Source of the DNA: Candidatus Aquidulcis sp.
Lineage (GTDB): Bacteria > Chloroflexota > Anaerolineae > UBA4142
Length of the DNA stretch: 64,000 bases
Reading direction: 5' to 3'
Assembly (NCBI GenBank): GCA_020723345.1
Contig: DYJA01000002.1
Coordinates: 137,544-201,543, forward strand
The position numbers and the translations under genes were made by a program. Below are positions 1 through 9,368 of the stretch, piece after piece. The notes beneath the pieces were generated by a model that was not told where the DNA came from, ran no database searches, and saw nothing but the letters and a program-made list of their open reading frames with translations. Each line of letters starts with the position of its first letter. Position 1 is the stretch's first letter.

Positions 1-755
1 CGCGAGACGTCGTAATCCACGTACTCGCTGAAATTTTGTCCGATCAAAATGTTGCGCAGCAACACCGGTAACGGTTGCAGGTTTTGATCGTTCAAATAAA
101 GAATCGGCGTAAAGAATTCGTTCCAGTAGTGGACGGCGTAAAACAAACCGATGGTGAGGAGAATCGGCTTGGACAACGGCAGGACGATGCGCCACAACAC
201 TTGCAAATCGTTTGCGCCATCCATGCGCGCGGATTCTTTGATCTCTTCAGGAATGCCCTCAAAGAAACGCATCATCACGAGCACATTCGTCACGCCAACG
301 GCAGGCGGCACGATGATGGCGAGAATGTTGTTCGTCCAGCCCAGGGTTTTCGCGACGAGCAGATAGACCGGGATCAAGCCGACGTGAAACAAAAACGTAA
401 AGAGGATCAGCGCGATGATGAGACGCCGCCCCGGCAGAGTTCGCGCAGAAAGCGCGTATGCCAACGGCACTGTGAGAAACAGACTGAGCGCCGTGCCGCA
501 CAACGTGATGATGACGCTGTTCAAGGTCGCGCGCGGAAAAGTCGGATGCGTCAGCATTTGTTCATACGCGGCGAACGACCACTCCCAGGGCCACTGGAAC
601 ATCGGCGTGCCGCCGCGCATATACACGTCCAACGGCGTCAGCGAAGTCATAATGACGCGCCACAACGGAATCACAATGATCAACAGAACGATCAAGAGCA
701 ATCCGTTGACGAATAATTGAAATCCCCACTCGTCGCGATTTGTTGATCGGAACAT
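1..755 (-). CDS. Carbohydrate ABC transporter permease (MalG/LplC-like), C-terminal end cut by window edge
   Basis: Not in ORF track because no stop lies in the window. My translation of the minus strand from ATG 755-753 (GGAGG upstream) gives MFRSTNRDEWGFQLFVNGLLLIVLLIIVIPLW... with the permease EAA-type loop FFEGIPEEIKESARMDGANDLQVLWRIVLPLSKP. Lies immediately downstream of the partner permease. Confidence 0.85.
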   Translation of the reverse strand, partial: MFRSTNRDEWGFQLFVNGLLLIVLLIIVIPLWRVIMTSLTPLDVYMRGGTPMFQWPWEWSFAAYEQMLTHPTFPRATLNSVIITLCGTALSLFLTVPLAYALSARTLPGRRLIIALILFTFLFHVGLIPVYLLVAKTLGWTNNILAIIVPPAVGVTNVLVMMRFFEGIPEEIKESARMDGANDLQVLWRIVLPLSKPILLTIGLFYAVHYWNEFFTPILYLNDQNLQPLPVLLRNILIGQNFSEYVDYDVS

Positions 756-765
756 ATTTCCTCCG

Positions 766-1776
766 CTAGAACAAACTCTGTTGCGCCACGCGCTTGGCGA
801 CACTGTTCGCCACCAAAATCAGAATCAAGCCGATGACGCCTTTGAACAGACCGACTGCCGTCGCCAGACTGAATTGAAAATCGAGGACGCCGCTGCGATA
901 GACCCACGTGTCAATGATGTCGCCGACGCTGTAGACCGGCACCGAGTACAGCACCCAAATCTGCTGGAAACTCACGTCGAGAATATTGCCCAGCCGCAAG
1001 AGCGTGATCAGCACGATCACCGGAACGATGCCGGGCAGCGAGATGTGCCAAATTCGTCGCCAGCGCGACGCGCCATCTACCTCCGCGGCTTCGTACAGAT
1101 CTGGGCTAATCCCTAACAACGCGGCGAGGTAAAGGATCGTGCTCCAGCCGGTCTCTTTCCAGATATCGGATAGAACGACTACTTGGCGAAACCACGCCGT
1201 CGAAGTCAGAAACGCAATCGGTTGACCGCCCGCCGCTTTGATCATTTCGTTGATCATCCCACTGCTCGGCGAAAGCAAGCCCAGCAACAACCCAAGCATA
1301 ATTACCCATGACAAGAAATGCGGAAGGTACGTCACGGTTTGCACGAGTGAGCGGAAGAACAAAAAGCGCGATTCGTGGATCGCCAGCGCGAGAATGATCG
1401 CAATCGGCATTCCCAGGATCAGACGCGCCAAACTAAAGATCACGGTATTGACGATGAGTTCGCTAAAATAGAACGAATTGAAGAATGCTTCAAAATGTTG
1501 CAAGCCAACCCACGGACTGCCTTCTACGCCTTTGAGCGCGAAGAAATCCTTAAAGGCAATTTGCGCGTTCCAGATGGGGATGTACCGAAAGATCAGATAG
1601 TAGGTAAGCGGAGCGATCAGAAGGAGATAGTACCAACGGTGTTTCCACATTGCGCGCGCCAAGCGTTGGACGCGCATTGCGAGCGGGACGTCTGGTTTCG
1701 CCCGCGCGCGGCGCACGCGCGCGACAGCCGGAGTACCTGCATATTGACTCATAGATTCCTCACTCTCTGTTGACAA
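766..1776 (-). CDS. Carbohydrate ABC transporter permease (MalF/LplB-like)
   Basis: 336-aa ORF with multiple hydrophobic spans and EAA loop LYEAAEVDGASRWRRIWHISLPGI. True start may be the internal MSQY (1752). Confidence 0.9.
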   Translation of the reverse strand: MSTESEESMSQYAGTPAVARVRRARAKPDVPLAMRVQRLARAMWKHRWYYLLLIAPLTYYLIFRYIPIWNAQIAFKDFFALKGVEGSPWVGLQHFEAFFNSFYFSELIVNTVIFSLARLILGMPIAIILALAIHESRFLFFRSLVQTVTYLPHFLSWVIMLGLLLGLLSPSSGMINEMIKAAGGQPIAFLTSTAWFRQVVVLSDIWKETGWSTILYLAALLGISPDLYEAAEVDGASRWRRIWHISLPGIVPVIVLITLLRLGNILDVSFQQIWVLYSVPVYSVGDIIDTWVYRSGVLDFQFSLATAVGLFKGVIGLILILVANSVAKRVAQQSLF

Positions 1777-1798
1777 GCATTTGCGGCGATGCTAGAAT
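1770..1798 (+). promoter_or_regulatory. Sigma-70-type promoter candidate for the response-regulator gene
   Basis: TTGACA (1770-1775), 17-nt spacer, TAGAAT (1793-1798); about 50 nt upstream of ATG 1851. Confidence 0.5.
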
Positions 1799-1850
1799 CG
1801 GCACACTGATTATACGGATTTGGCATCGTTGCGCTTGCCAAAAATTTGCC

Positions 1851-3026
1851 ATGAATTTGCCAATGGAATTTGATACATTTCACAAACAAGTTAAAGACGC
1901 GCTGGAACACCTCCACGACGCCGCGTACCTCCAAGTCCATCCGTTGCTTTCACAGACTGCGAGCCAAGTCGCCGACAGCCAACAAACGCGCGCCCAACGA
2001 CTGCGCGCTTGGCTTAAGAATGCTATCGAGCAACTGCGTCCCGCGCAAGATTTACCGTCGAGTTCGCCGGAATGGCGCAGTTATCTCGCGTTGCGGTACC
2101 GCTATCTCCAGCGCATGAACCCGGCGAACATCGAAAGCGAATTGGGGATCAGCCAGCGCCAACTCTATCGCGAATTAAACAAGGGCTTGGACGCGCTCGC
2201 CACGTTGCTCTGGGAACAACGCGGACAAACCGAACCGCCACCAGTGCGCGCGCTCGATGCCCAAGACCTCGAAAGCGAATTGAGCCAGTGGAACTTGACG
2301 CGACAGAATTGCGACGCGCGCGCGCTCGTCGAAGAAACGCTCTTGACGCTTCGTCCGATGATGCAACCGCGCGGCGTTGCCATCGATCTTCAAATGCCCG
2401 CCGATTTGCCGCCGGTGTTTGTCGACGCGACGCTCACGCGTCAGGCGTTGTTAAACGTGTTGCGCTATGTGGCGAACCAGGCGCGCGAGGACGTCGTTGT
2501 GCGCGCGGGGGCGCAAGACAAACACACCGGCATCGTGATTGTGGCGGACGATGTGGAGGTTGACCGCGCTGCGGAAGATTGGCGCAACGCCGAATTGCTC
2601 TTCAGCGCGCAAGGGGGCATTCTCGATCAGAACGCGGCGGGACAAATCACGATCCTTTTGCCGCGCCCGACGCAGCCGCGCGTCCTCGTGATTGACGACA
2701 ATCCCGCGATCCAGCAACTCTTTGAGCGATACCTCGCGCCGCAGCAGTACCAAGTCCTGCACGCGCAATCCGGCGCGGACGCGCTGCGTCTCGCGGCAGA
2801 AGCGCGTCCCGACGTGATCACGCTTGACGTGATGATGCCAAATATGGACGGCTGGCAAGTCCTCCGCGCGCTCGCGCAAGACCCGGCGACCGCAAAAATT
2901 CCCGTCGTCGTGTGTTCGGTGCTGCGCGAGCCGGAGACCGCGCTGTCACTCGGCGCGCGCGCGTATCTCAAAAAGCCGGTGGATCGGCTGACGTTAGTCG
3001 AGACGCTGGCGCGGGTGTTGGGCTGA
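1851..3026 (+). CDS. Response regulator: N-terminal HTH-like region plus degenerate kinase-like middle region plus C-terminal receiver domain
   Basis: Receiver motifs RVLVIDDNPAIQQLF, DVITLDVMMPNMDGWQVL, PVVVCS, AYLKKP. N-terminal ISQRQLYRELNKGLDAL resembles a sigma-70 region-4-type HTH. Start placed at MNLPMEF (ORF track starts at 1770 inside the promoter). Confidence 0.8.
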   Translation: MNLPMEFDTFHKQVKDALEHLHDAAYLQVHPLLSQTASQVADSQQTRAQRLRAWLKNAIEQLRPAQDLPSSSPEWRSYLALRYRYLQRMNPANIESELGISQRQLYRELNKGLDALATLLWEQRGQTEPPPVRALDAQDLESELSQWNLTRQNCDARALVEETLLTLRPMMQPRGVAIDLQMPADLPPVFVDATLTRQALLNVLRYVANQAREDVVVRAGAQDKHTGIVIVADDVEVDRAAEDWRNAELLFSAQGGILDQNAAGQITILLPRPTQPRVLVIDDNPAIQQLFERYLAPQQYQVLHAQSGADALRLAAEARPDVITLDVMMPNMDGWQVLRALAQDPATAKIPVVVCSVLREPETALSLGARAYLKKPVDRLTLVETLARVLG

Positions 3027-5172
3027 GTTCCATTCGCACCGGCAGCGCGCCAATCATCGCTTGCGCAATGTTCAGCGTTTCCGAGAGCGAACCGCTTTCC
3101 GTGCGGACGAGTTGGATGAATAGCCCGCGCGCGGTTTGCGTCGATTCGGGATAAAGCGCGCTGATGACGATCACTGGAATTCGCGCCAACGCGGCATCTT
3201 CTTTCATCGCGCGCAAAACCGCCAGCCCATCCACTTGGGGCATCAGCAAATCGAGCAAGACCAAATCCACAGATTGAGTCCGCAATCGCTCCAGCGCGTC
3301 TTTTCCCCCGAACGCTTTGATCGGATGGTACGCGTCGTCTGCGGATTGCAACATCCGGCAGAACAAATCCACGAGTTGCGGATCATCGTCCACCACCAAC
3401 ACGTTGCGGATCGGTTGCTTGAGCGCGGCAATCGCGTTGAGCAGTTCCTCGCGCGGGACCGGCTTGAGCAGAAAATTTGCGATCCCCAATGTCTGCGCGC
3501 TGACAAAACTCCCCGGCAGCGACATCGCGATGATCGGCAAATCGCGCGGCGCGTCCGTCTGCCAATCCGCCGGATCGGACGAATCGACCAGCAGCGCGCT
3601 CGGTTGGTACTGCTTGACGAGCGCGGTGAGTTCCGCGCGTTGTTTCACTTCGATGACATCGTAGTCGCTCAAATGCCGACGCAATAGCCGCAGCAAAAGC
3701 GGATCGGGTTCGACGGCAAGGAGCGCTTTGCGGTACCGCGCGCCCGGCTCCGGATAACTGCCGACGCGTTCGATGTGCATAATTTGCGATGTGAGCGGCA
3801 GCGTGAAATAAAAAGTCGAGCCAACGCCGATGTGACTCTCCAGCCACATTTGTCCGCCATGTAATTCGACGAGGCGTTTGCTGAGCGGCACACCCAAACC
3901 GGTGCCATCGTGTTGGCGCGTCGTCGAACCATCGACTTGCGCGAAATCTTCAAACACTTTTGCCACATCTTCCGGCGCGATGCCGATTCCGGTATCGGTG
4001 ATGGCGATGCGGATCGCGTCGTTCATCCGACGCGCCGTGATCGTCACGCCGCCGATGTGCGTGAACCGACTTGCATTCGTCAGTAAATTGATCAGCACTT
4101 GGCGAATTCGCACCGCGTCGATGCGGACGCCGGGCAGGTTCGTTTCGACATCGACATGCAGATCCAAATTCTTGGCGCGATACAAATTGCCGACCAAGTT
4201 CACCGCGTCGTCAATCACAACGCGAATGTCGGTCTCCGCGACGGTCAAGCCGAGTTTGCGCGCGTCGAGCGCGGACAAATCGAGCACGTCGTCAATCAAC
4301 GCCGACAAATGGCGGCTGCTCTGGTGAATCTGTTCGATGTCGGCGACCAACTCCGGCGACCAAGTGACGCCCGCGTACGTCTCCGGCGCGTTCGCCATCG
4401 TTTCGCTAAAGCCGATGATGATGTTGATCGGCGTGCGAAGTTCGTGGCTGACGTTCGCGGCGAACTCGGCTTTGGCGCGCCGCGCGGCTTCGGCGACGCT
4501 TTGCGCTTCGATCAACGCGTAATTCATTTTTTCGATGCGGACGTACGCGTCTTCGAGCATCTTGAGCGTGCTGGCGAGCGACATGCGTTCCTCGCGGAGT
4601 TGGGTCAGCAGGTTATTCGCGCGTGTGTAACTATTCCGCATCCAATCGAGCGCGAGACGCATTTGCCGCGCGCCGATCCACGTTGCGCCCGCAGTCAACC
4701 AGATCAAAACGACCGGTGCGGTGGTGTGCGCTTCAACCCAATCTACGCCCTGCGCCAACGCGACGGCGAGCAGCGCCAGCGATGCCAGCGCGGCGACGAA
4801 AAAGACATAGACGCTCGAAACAAGCGCGCCGGACGCGACGACAATCACCGGAAAAAAATATTGCGCCGCGCTATCGGGGAACAAGATTTTCTCGTACGCC
4901 GCGGCGATCAACAATGATCCGATCAGCCAAATCAGCGCGAGACGTAGATTTTTTTCGCGCAGCCAAATGCTTGCGAGCGCGCCCCCCGCGAGGATAAACG
5001 GGACGATGATATTTTCCGGGTGACTGTACTCGGCGATCAACATTCCCCACGCGACGACAAAGACGATCATGCCGATTTCCCAAAGTGTATCGCGCTGGAG
5101 TTCGCCGAGGTCGCCCGATTCGCCCGGTTGGGTCATGCGTTGCCAAATATTTCTTGCCATCATAATGCTCAC
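2968..5172 (-). CDS. Hybrid sensor histidine kinase (membrane N-terminus, HisKA, HATPase_c, two receiver-like domains)
   Basis: 734 aa. About 5 hydrophobic helices at the N-terminus, H-box FAANVSHELRTPINIIIGFSE, N/G boxes LINLLTNASRF, DTGIGI, GTGLGVPLSKRLVELHGG, C-terminal receiver VLVVDDDPQLVDLF...VDLVLLDLLMPQVDG. The 3' end overlaps the convergent regulator gene by 59 nt. Confidence 0.9.
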   Translation of the reverse strand: MSIMMARNIWQRMTQPGESGDLGELQRDTLWEIGMIVFVVAWGMLIAEYSHPENIIVPFILAGGALASIWLREKNLRLALIWLIGSLLIAAAYEKILFPDSAAQYFFPVIVVASGALVSSVYVFFVAALASLALLAVALAQGVDWVEAHTTAPVVLIWLTAGATWIGARQMRLALDWMRNSYTRANNLLTQLREERMSLASTLKMLEDAYVRIEKMNYALIEAQSVAEAARRAKAEFAANVSHELRTPINIIIGFSETMANAPETYAGVTWSPELVADIEQIHQSSRHLSALIDDVLDLSALDARKLGLTVAETDIRVVIDDAVNLVGNLYRAKNLDLHVDVETNLPGVRIDAVRIRQVLINLLTNASRFTHIGGVTITARRMNDAIRIAITDTGIGIAPEDVAKVFEDFAQVDGSTTRQHDGTGLGVPLSKRLVELHGGQMWLESHIGVGSTFYFTLPLTSQIMHIERVGSYPEPGARYRKALLAVEPDPLLLRLLRRHLSDYDVIEVKQRAELTALVKQYQPSALLVDSSDPADWQTDAPRDLPIIAMSLPGSFVSAQTLGIANFLLKPVPREELLNAIAALKQPIRNVLVVDDDPQLVDLFCRMLQSADDAYHPIKAFGGKDALERLRTQSVDLVLLDLLMPQVDGLAVLRAMKEDAALARIPVIVISALYPESTQTARGLFIQLVRTESGSLSETLNIAQAMIGALPVRMELSPTPAPASRLTSADPPAF

Positions 5173-5210
5173 CTCATTTGCGCGCTTACACTTTATCCAA
5201 AATCACGCGA

Positions 5211-5309
5211 GATAGCAAATAGCAGATAGCGTATGGCGTACGGCAATTGACGACTTGTCATTTGCTACATGCCATTCGCTATACGCGATTTGCTATTTGC
5301 CATACGCCG
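5211..5309. repeat. Long imperfect palindrome built from short motifs (gcaaatagc / gcgtatggc units)
   Basis: Left arm gcaaatagcagatagcgtatggcgtacggcaa; right arm ttgctacatgccattcgctatacgcgatttgctatttgccatacgcc. Followed by an extended -10 TGGTAGAAT (5316-5324). Confidence 0.7.
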
Positions 5310-5340
5310 ATTTTGTGGTAGAATATTTTCAAAGACAATT

Positions 5341-6075
5341 ATGCGCATCCTCATCGTTTCCGATATTCACGCCAACCTCGTCGCTTTCGAAACTGTCTTA
5401 CGCAACGCCGGTGATTTCGACCGCATTTGGTGTTTGGGCGATATTGTCGGCTACGGTCCCGAACCGAACACGTGCGTCGAGAAACTGCGCGCGTTCGATC
5501 CGATCTGTGTGGCCGGCAACCACGATTGGGCAGTTCTCGACAAACTCGATCTGGAAGAATTCAACCCCGACGCGCGCCGCGCCGCGATCTGGACGCGCGA
5601 TCAACTCGACGTGCAAAATCTCGATTGGCTGCATTCGCTGCCCGAACAACTCCCCACTCAAGCCGAAAGATTCACGCTCACGCATGGCAGTCCGCGCTAT
5701 CCGATCTGGGAATACGTTCTGACGCCGGCGGTCGCGCGCATCAATTTCGATTTCTTCGATACACACGTTTGCTTGATTGGACACACGCACGTCCCCGTTC
5801 TCTATCGGTACCATCCCGACGATCATTCTGCGACGGCGGAAACACTGCCCGAAGATATTCCGGTCACGCTCGAATCTGACCGTATGATGATCAACCCCGG
5901 CAGTGTCGGACAGCCGCGCGACGGCGACGCGCGCGCCGCGTTCGCGATCCTCGATTTGGACGAAATGATGCTCACGCATCACCGCGTCGAGTACAATATC
6001 GTCGCGACGCAGTTGAAGATGGCGGAAGCCAAACTGCCGGCGCGTCTGATCACGCGCTTGAGTTACGGCTGGTAG
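5341..6075 (+). CDS. Metallophosphoesterase family protein (YfcE/MJ0936-like)
   Basis: MRILIVSDIHAN, GDIVGYGPEP, GNHD, GHTH motifs. Start moved to 5341 (the ORF-track start 5269 lies in the palindrome). Confidence 0.9.
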   Translation: MRILIVSDIHANLVAFETVLRNAGDFDRIWCLGDIVGYGPEPNTCVEKLRAFDPICVAGNHDWAVLDKLDLEEFNPDARRAAIWTRDQLDVQNLDWLHSLPEQLPTQAERFTLTHGSPRYPIWEYVLTPAVARINFDFFDTHVCLIGHTHVPVLYRYHPDDHSATAETLPEDIPVTLESDRMMINPGSVGQPRDGDARAAFAILDLDEMMLTHHRVEYNIVATQLKMAEAKLPARLITRLSYGW

Positions 6076-6078
6076 ATT

Positions 6079-6106
6079 TTGCTTTTGTCGCCAAGTATGT
6101 TATAAT
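6079..6106 (+). promoter_or_regulatory. Promoter candidate (extended -10)
   Basis: TTGCTT, 16-nt spacer, TGTTATAAT (6098-6106), upstream of the PhzF-like gene. Confidence 0.4.
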
Positions 6107-6284
6107 CCCGGTCAAGATGAACACTCGAAATGTTCTGGCTTGGCAAAAGTTGCACCATCACGCGCATCGTCATCACGCTGCGCCATTTTGCCGCGCCAGG
6201 GGCTAGTCGCGGTCTGTTCGATCTATGATTCTGGCGTGGCGTTGTCCACGCCGTTTTTATTTTTGTGGAGGTGTTTGTCGCGCG

Positions 6285-7082
6285 ATGAAAATCTATCAGG
6301 TAGACGCATTCACCGATCAACCATTCAAGGGCAATCCGGCGGCGGTTTGTGTGCTCGATCAAGATCGCCCGGACGCTTGGATGATGGCGCTGGCACAAGA
6401 AATGAATCTCTCCGAGACCGCGTTCGTGCGCCGACGCGAAACCGGATTCGATCTGCGCTGGTTCACGCCCAAGAAGGAAGTCAGTCTGTGCGGTCACGCG
6501 ACGCTGGCGACGGCGCACATTTTGTGGCAAGACCAATATCTCGCGCCGACGGAACAAGCCCGCTTCAACACGCAAAGCGGACTGCTGACCGCGAAAAAAG
6601 ATGGCACGTGGATCGAATTGGATTTTCCTGCGCGCTTTGTCGTCGCCGCAGAGGAAAACCTGGGTTTGAACCAAGCCCTGGGACTTGTCGCCAAAAGCAC
6701 CAACAAATCTGCCACGACGCAAGGAAATCTATATCTACTCGAAGTTGAATCCGAAGAAATTGTCAAAGCCGTGTCGCCCGATTTTGGCGCAGTGGCAGCC
6801 ACTGGCGCGCGCGGAGTTATCGTCACCAGCCGGGCGCATGCTCCAGAGTACGATTTCGTTTCCCGATATTTTGCCCCGGCGGTCGGGATAAACGAAGACC
6901 CGGTGACGGGTTCCGCGCATTGTTATCTTGCAACGTATTGGGGGAACAAATTGAACAAGCAAGCGCTGGTCGGTTTTCAGGCATCGGCGCGAATAGGCAT
7001 CATCAATTGTTGTTGGCAAGGCGAGCGCGTGCTCTTGCGCGGGCAAGCCATCACGATCTTCAAAGGCGAGTTGGTGGTTTAG
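6285..7082 (+). CDS. PhzF-family isomerase-like protein
   Basis: MKIYQVDAFTDQPFKGNPAAVCVL, NLSETAF, FTPKKEVSLCGHATLA, FAPAVGINEDPVTGSAH are typical of the PhzF/YddE family. Confidence 0.9.
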   Translation: MKIYQVDAFTDQPFKGNPAAVCVLDQDRPDAWMMALAQEMNLSETAFVRRRETGFDLRWFTPKKEVSLCGHATLATAHILWQDQYLAPTEQARFNTQSGLLTAKKDGTWIELDFPARFVVAAEENLGLNQALGLVAKSTNKSATTQGNLYLLEVESEEIVKAVSPDFGAVAATGARGVIVTSRAHAPEYDFVSRYFAPAVGINEDPVTGSAHCYLATYWGNKLNKQALVGFQASARIGIINCCWQGERVLLRGQAITIFKGELVV

Positions 7083-7098
7083 GCGAGGAGAAGATTCC

Positions 7099-8412
7099 AT
7101 GTCACCGAAAATTCAACCGCGCGTGCCGCGCGGAATGCGCGACATTCTGCCGCAAAAAATGCTCCAACGCCAGTACGTCATCGGACAAGTCGAAAAAGTG
7201 TTTCAGCGTTTCGGCTTTGAGCCGCTGCAAACGCCGGTGCTCGAACTGCGCGAGATGTTGATGGGCAAGTACGGCGAAGACGCCGAAAAATTGATCTACG
7301 ACGCGAAACATCGCGAAGGCAAAGAGGATTTGTCGCTGCGCTACGATTTGACAGTGCCGCTGACGCGCGTCGTCGCGATGTATCCCGAACTCGTCAAGCC
7401 GTTCAAGCGGTACCAGATCGCGCCGGTCTGGCGCGCCGAGCGTCCGCAAAAAGGGCGCTATCGCGAATTCTATCAATGCGACGCAGACATCGTCGGCAGC
7501 AAATCCATGCTCGCGGACGCGGAAATCGTGACGATGATCTACACGGTCTTGGAAGCGCTCGGTTTCAAATCGTTCGTCACCAAAATCAACAATCGCAAAA
7601 TCTTGACCGGCATCGGGCAGTACGCCGGAGCGCCGAACGAAATGCTCGGCGGTTTGTATCGCTCGATTGACAAGTTGGAAAAGATCGGCGTGGACGGCGT
7701 GCGCGAAGAAATGGCAAAGGCGCAGATTCCCACGAAGGTGATCGACCGAATCATGGAACTGGTCGCGTTGCCGCCGAACGCGTTCGGGGAACTCCGGGAA
7801 CTGATGGGAAATGTTCCCGCGGCGATGGATGGGCTGGACGAACTCGAACAACTCGCGACGTTCCTCGGCGATTCGGGTGTGCCGCGCGCGAACTATCAAT
7901 TCGATTTTTCGATGGTGCGCGGTCTCGCGTACTACACGGGTCCGATTTACGAGACCGTCGTCACCGAACCGAAAATCGGCTCGCTGACCGGCGGCGGGCG
8001 GTACGACGAACTGATCGGCTTGTTCATGAATCAATCCATTCCGACGACCGGCACGTCGTTCGGCATCGAGCGCATCATCGACGTGATGGACGAACTCGCG
8101 ATGTATCCGGCGAGCATCGGCAAGACGGTCACGCAGGTTTTCGTTACCGTCTTCAATCGCGATTTGATCGGCGTGTCGATGCGCGTCGCGAACGCGCTGC
8201 GCGCGGCAGGCATCAACGCCGAACTCGCGCTCGACGCGGATGGACTGGGCAAGCAGTTGAAATACGCGGCGGCAAAGGCGATTCCGTTCGCGCTCATCAT
8301 CGGTCCCGACGAAAACGCCGCGCAACAAGCGACGCTGCGCGATTTGGCGAGCGGCGAGCAGACGTTGATCGCGCAGAGTGAGTTGGCTAATGCGTGGAAA
8401 CGTGGTACGTGA
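7099..8412 (+). CDS. hisS: Histidine--tRNA ligase
   Basis: 437 aa. PRGMRDILP, RYDLTVPLTR, FKRYQIAPVWRAERPQKGRYREFYQCD, GGGRYDEL class-II HisRS motifs. Confidence 0.95.
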   Translation: MSPKIQPRVPRGMRDILPQKMLQRQYVIGQVEKVFQRFGFEPLQTPVLELREMLMGKYGEDAEKLIYDAKHREGKEDLSLRYDLTVPLTRVVAMYPELVKPFKRYQIAPVWRAERPQKGRYREFYQCDADIVGSKSMLADAEIVTMIYTVLEALGFKSFVTKINNRKILTGIGQYAGAPNEMLGGLYRSIDKLEKIGVDGVREEMAKAQIPTKVIDRIMELVALPPNAFGELRELMGNVPAAMDGLDELEQLATFLGDSGVPRANYQFDFSMVRGLAYYTGPIYETVVTEPKIGSLTGGGRYDELIGLFMNQSIPTTGTSFGIERIIDVMDELAMYPASIGKTVTQVFVTVFNRDLIGVSMRVANALRAAGINAELALDADGLGKQLKYAAAKAIPFALIIGPDENAAQQATLRDLASGEQTLIAQSELANAWKRGT

Positions 8413-8513
8413 TACGTGATGCGTGAGCGGAGTTTTTTGAATTACGAATTTCGAATTGCGAATTTTGAATTTGCGTAACCGCGCCATTCGTGCTAAAATA
8501 GCGTTTGTAAGAT

Positions 8514-8586
8514 GGTGGCCATAGCTCAATGGCAGAGCGTCTGACTGTGGATCAGAAGGCTGCGGGTTCGACACCCGTTGGCCACC
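8514..8586 (+). tRNA. tRNA-His (anticodon GTG)
   Basis: Cloverleaf folded by hand. Extra G-1 (8514) opposite discriminator C (8586), acceptor GTGGCCA/TGGCCAC, anticodon loop cTGTGga, T-arm GGGTTCGACACCC. No encoded CCA. Confidence 0.9.
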
Positions 8587-8593
8587 CTTTTCC

Positions 8594-8666
8594 AAAGGAT
8601 GAAGGCAGAAGGATGAAGGATGATCTTGATTATTTCATCCTTCCGCCTTCTGACTTCTGCCTTCGG
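8594..8666. repeat. Hairpin of tandem aaggatga/aggcaga motifs between the two tRNAs
   Basis: aaaggatgaaggcagaaggatgaaggatga ... ttcatccttccgccttctgacttctgccttcgg; the arms are reverse complements of each other. Confidence 0.75.
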
Positions 8667-8669
8667 TTT

Positions 8670-8742
8670 GCGCCTGTAGCTCAACGGATAGAGCATCAGT
8701 CTTCGGAACTGAGTGTTGGGGGTTCGAGTCCCTCCAGGCGCG
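8670..8742 (+). tRNA. tRNA-Arg (anticodon TCG)
   Basis: Acceptor GCGCCTG/CAGGCGC, D-arm tagctcaacggatagagc, anticodon stem tcagt/actga with loop cTTCGga, T-arm GGGGTTCGAGTCCC. Confidence 0.9.
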
Positions 8743-8744
8743 CT

Positions 8745-9008
8745 ATGGCACTCACGCTGAATCGCAAGCGCGCGTCCCGCGTTGCGAACATGACGACGAA
8801 AGAATTACAAACCCTGATCGAACGAACGGTGGATCGCCGTCTGGCTCACTGGGTGGGTAATTCTCGCATCGCGCGCCGCCGTCAAGAAATCGCGGCGAAC
8901 GCGGCAAAGACGCGGGCCGAGTATCGCGCAGGTAAAACCAAGCGCGGGACTAGCTTCGATTGGCTCGCCGAGGCGCGTCGCGTTCGCGCGCTCCCCTCAG
9001 ATGTCTGA
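8745..9008 (+). CDS. Small hypothetical protein (87 aa)
   Basis: Trimmed from ORF 8529-9008, whose 5' part runs across both tRNAs. Starts MALTLNRKRAS. No recognisable family. Confidence 0.4.
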   Translation: MALTLNRKRASRVANMTTKELQTLIERTVDRRLAHWVGNSRIARRRQEIAANAAKTRAEYRAGKTKRGTSFDWLAEARRVRALPSDV

Positions 9009-9116
9009 TTCCACACCGATTTTGCGCGCTCTGCGCGAAGGTTTACGGTCTTCATCAGACGACGAAGACACGCCCCTCTAAATCCGCACGTCTAATCCTG
9101 ATTTCCAGGAGGATTC

Positions 9117-9362
9117 ATGGAACTCTTGATTGTTGTGGTCGTTGCTGGCATGTTGATTGCGGTGTTATTCCTCGCGTGTGTTCTCCTGCTTTGGCTAGTG
9201 TTCACTTATCGTTCTCGCTCTCTTCAGGCGCGGAACGCATATGAAGAGCTATACCGCGCACGGTCACAAACTGCGTTTTTGTGTGACACCCGGATTCGAC
9301 GCTTTAGCGGTTTTTTTACTTGGGGGAAACCGCGTAAACGCTTGACTCCAAAAGCGCAATGA
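9117..9362 (+). CDS. Small membrane protein (81 aa, one TM helix)
   Basis: Strong RBS caggaggattcATG. MELLIVVVVAGMLIAVLFLACVLLLWLVF hydrophobic helix followed by a basic tail. Ends 7 nt before the next gene. Confidence 0.5.
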   Translation: MELLIVVVVAGMLIAVLFLACVLLLWLVFTYRSRSLQARNAYEELYRARSQTAFLCDTRIRRFSGFFTWGKPRKRLTPKAQ

Positions 9363-9368
9363 GTACCC

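Noticed and set aside
75-716. 213-aa plus-strand ORF at the left edge.
   Set aside because: The minus strand here encodes a well-formed ABC permease (own translation, RBS, EAA loop). The plus-strand product is charged low-complexity sequence.
2968-3026. The 59-nt convergent overlap of the histidine kinase and response-regulator genes as a regulatory antisense feature.
   Set aside because: It may simply reflect an over-extended low-complexity tail on the kinase ORF (…PTPAPASRLTSADPPAF). No structure or motif supports a function.
7102-8595. 497-aa ORF on the minus strand opposite hisS. Similar long antisense ORFs occur at 12311-13828, 15451-16815, 17835-19163, 22974-24182, 28220-29557, 54450-55508, 49692-50822 and 52916-53785.
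   Set aside because: Each lies antisense to a gene with clear family motifs. The translations are Arg/His/Asp/Ala-rich low-complexity strings typical of open antisense frames in GC-rich DNA. None has a recognisable domain or RBS.
8529-9008. 159-aa ORF spanning both tRNA genes.
   Set aside because: Its first ~70 codons are the tRNA-His, the inter-tRNA hairpin and the tRNA-Arg read as protein. Only the part after 8745 is kept, as a low-confidence small ORF.
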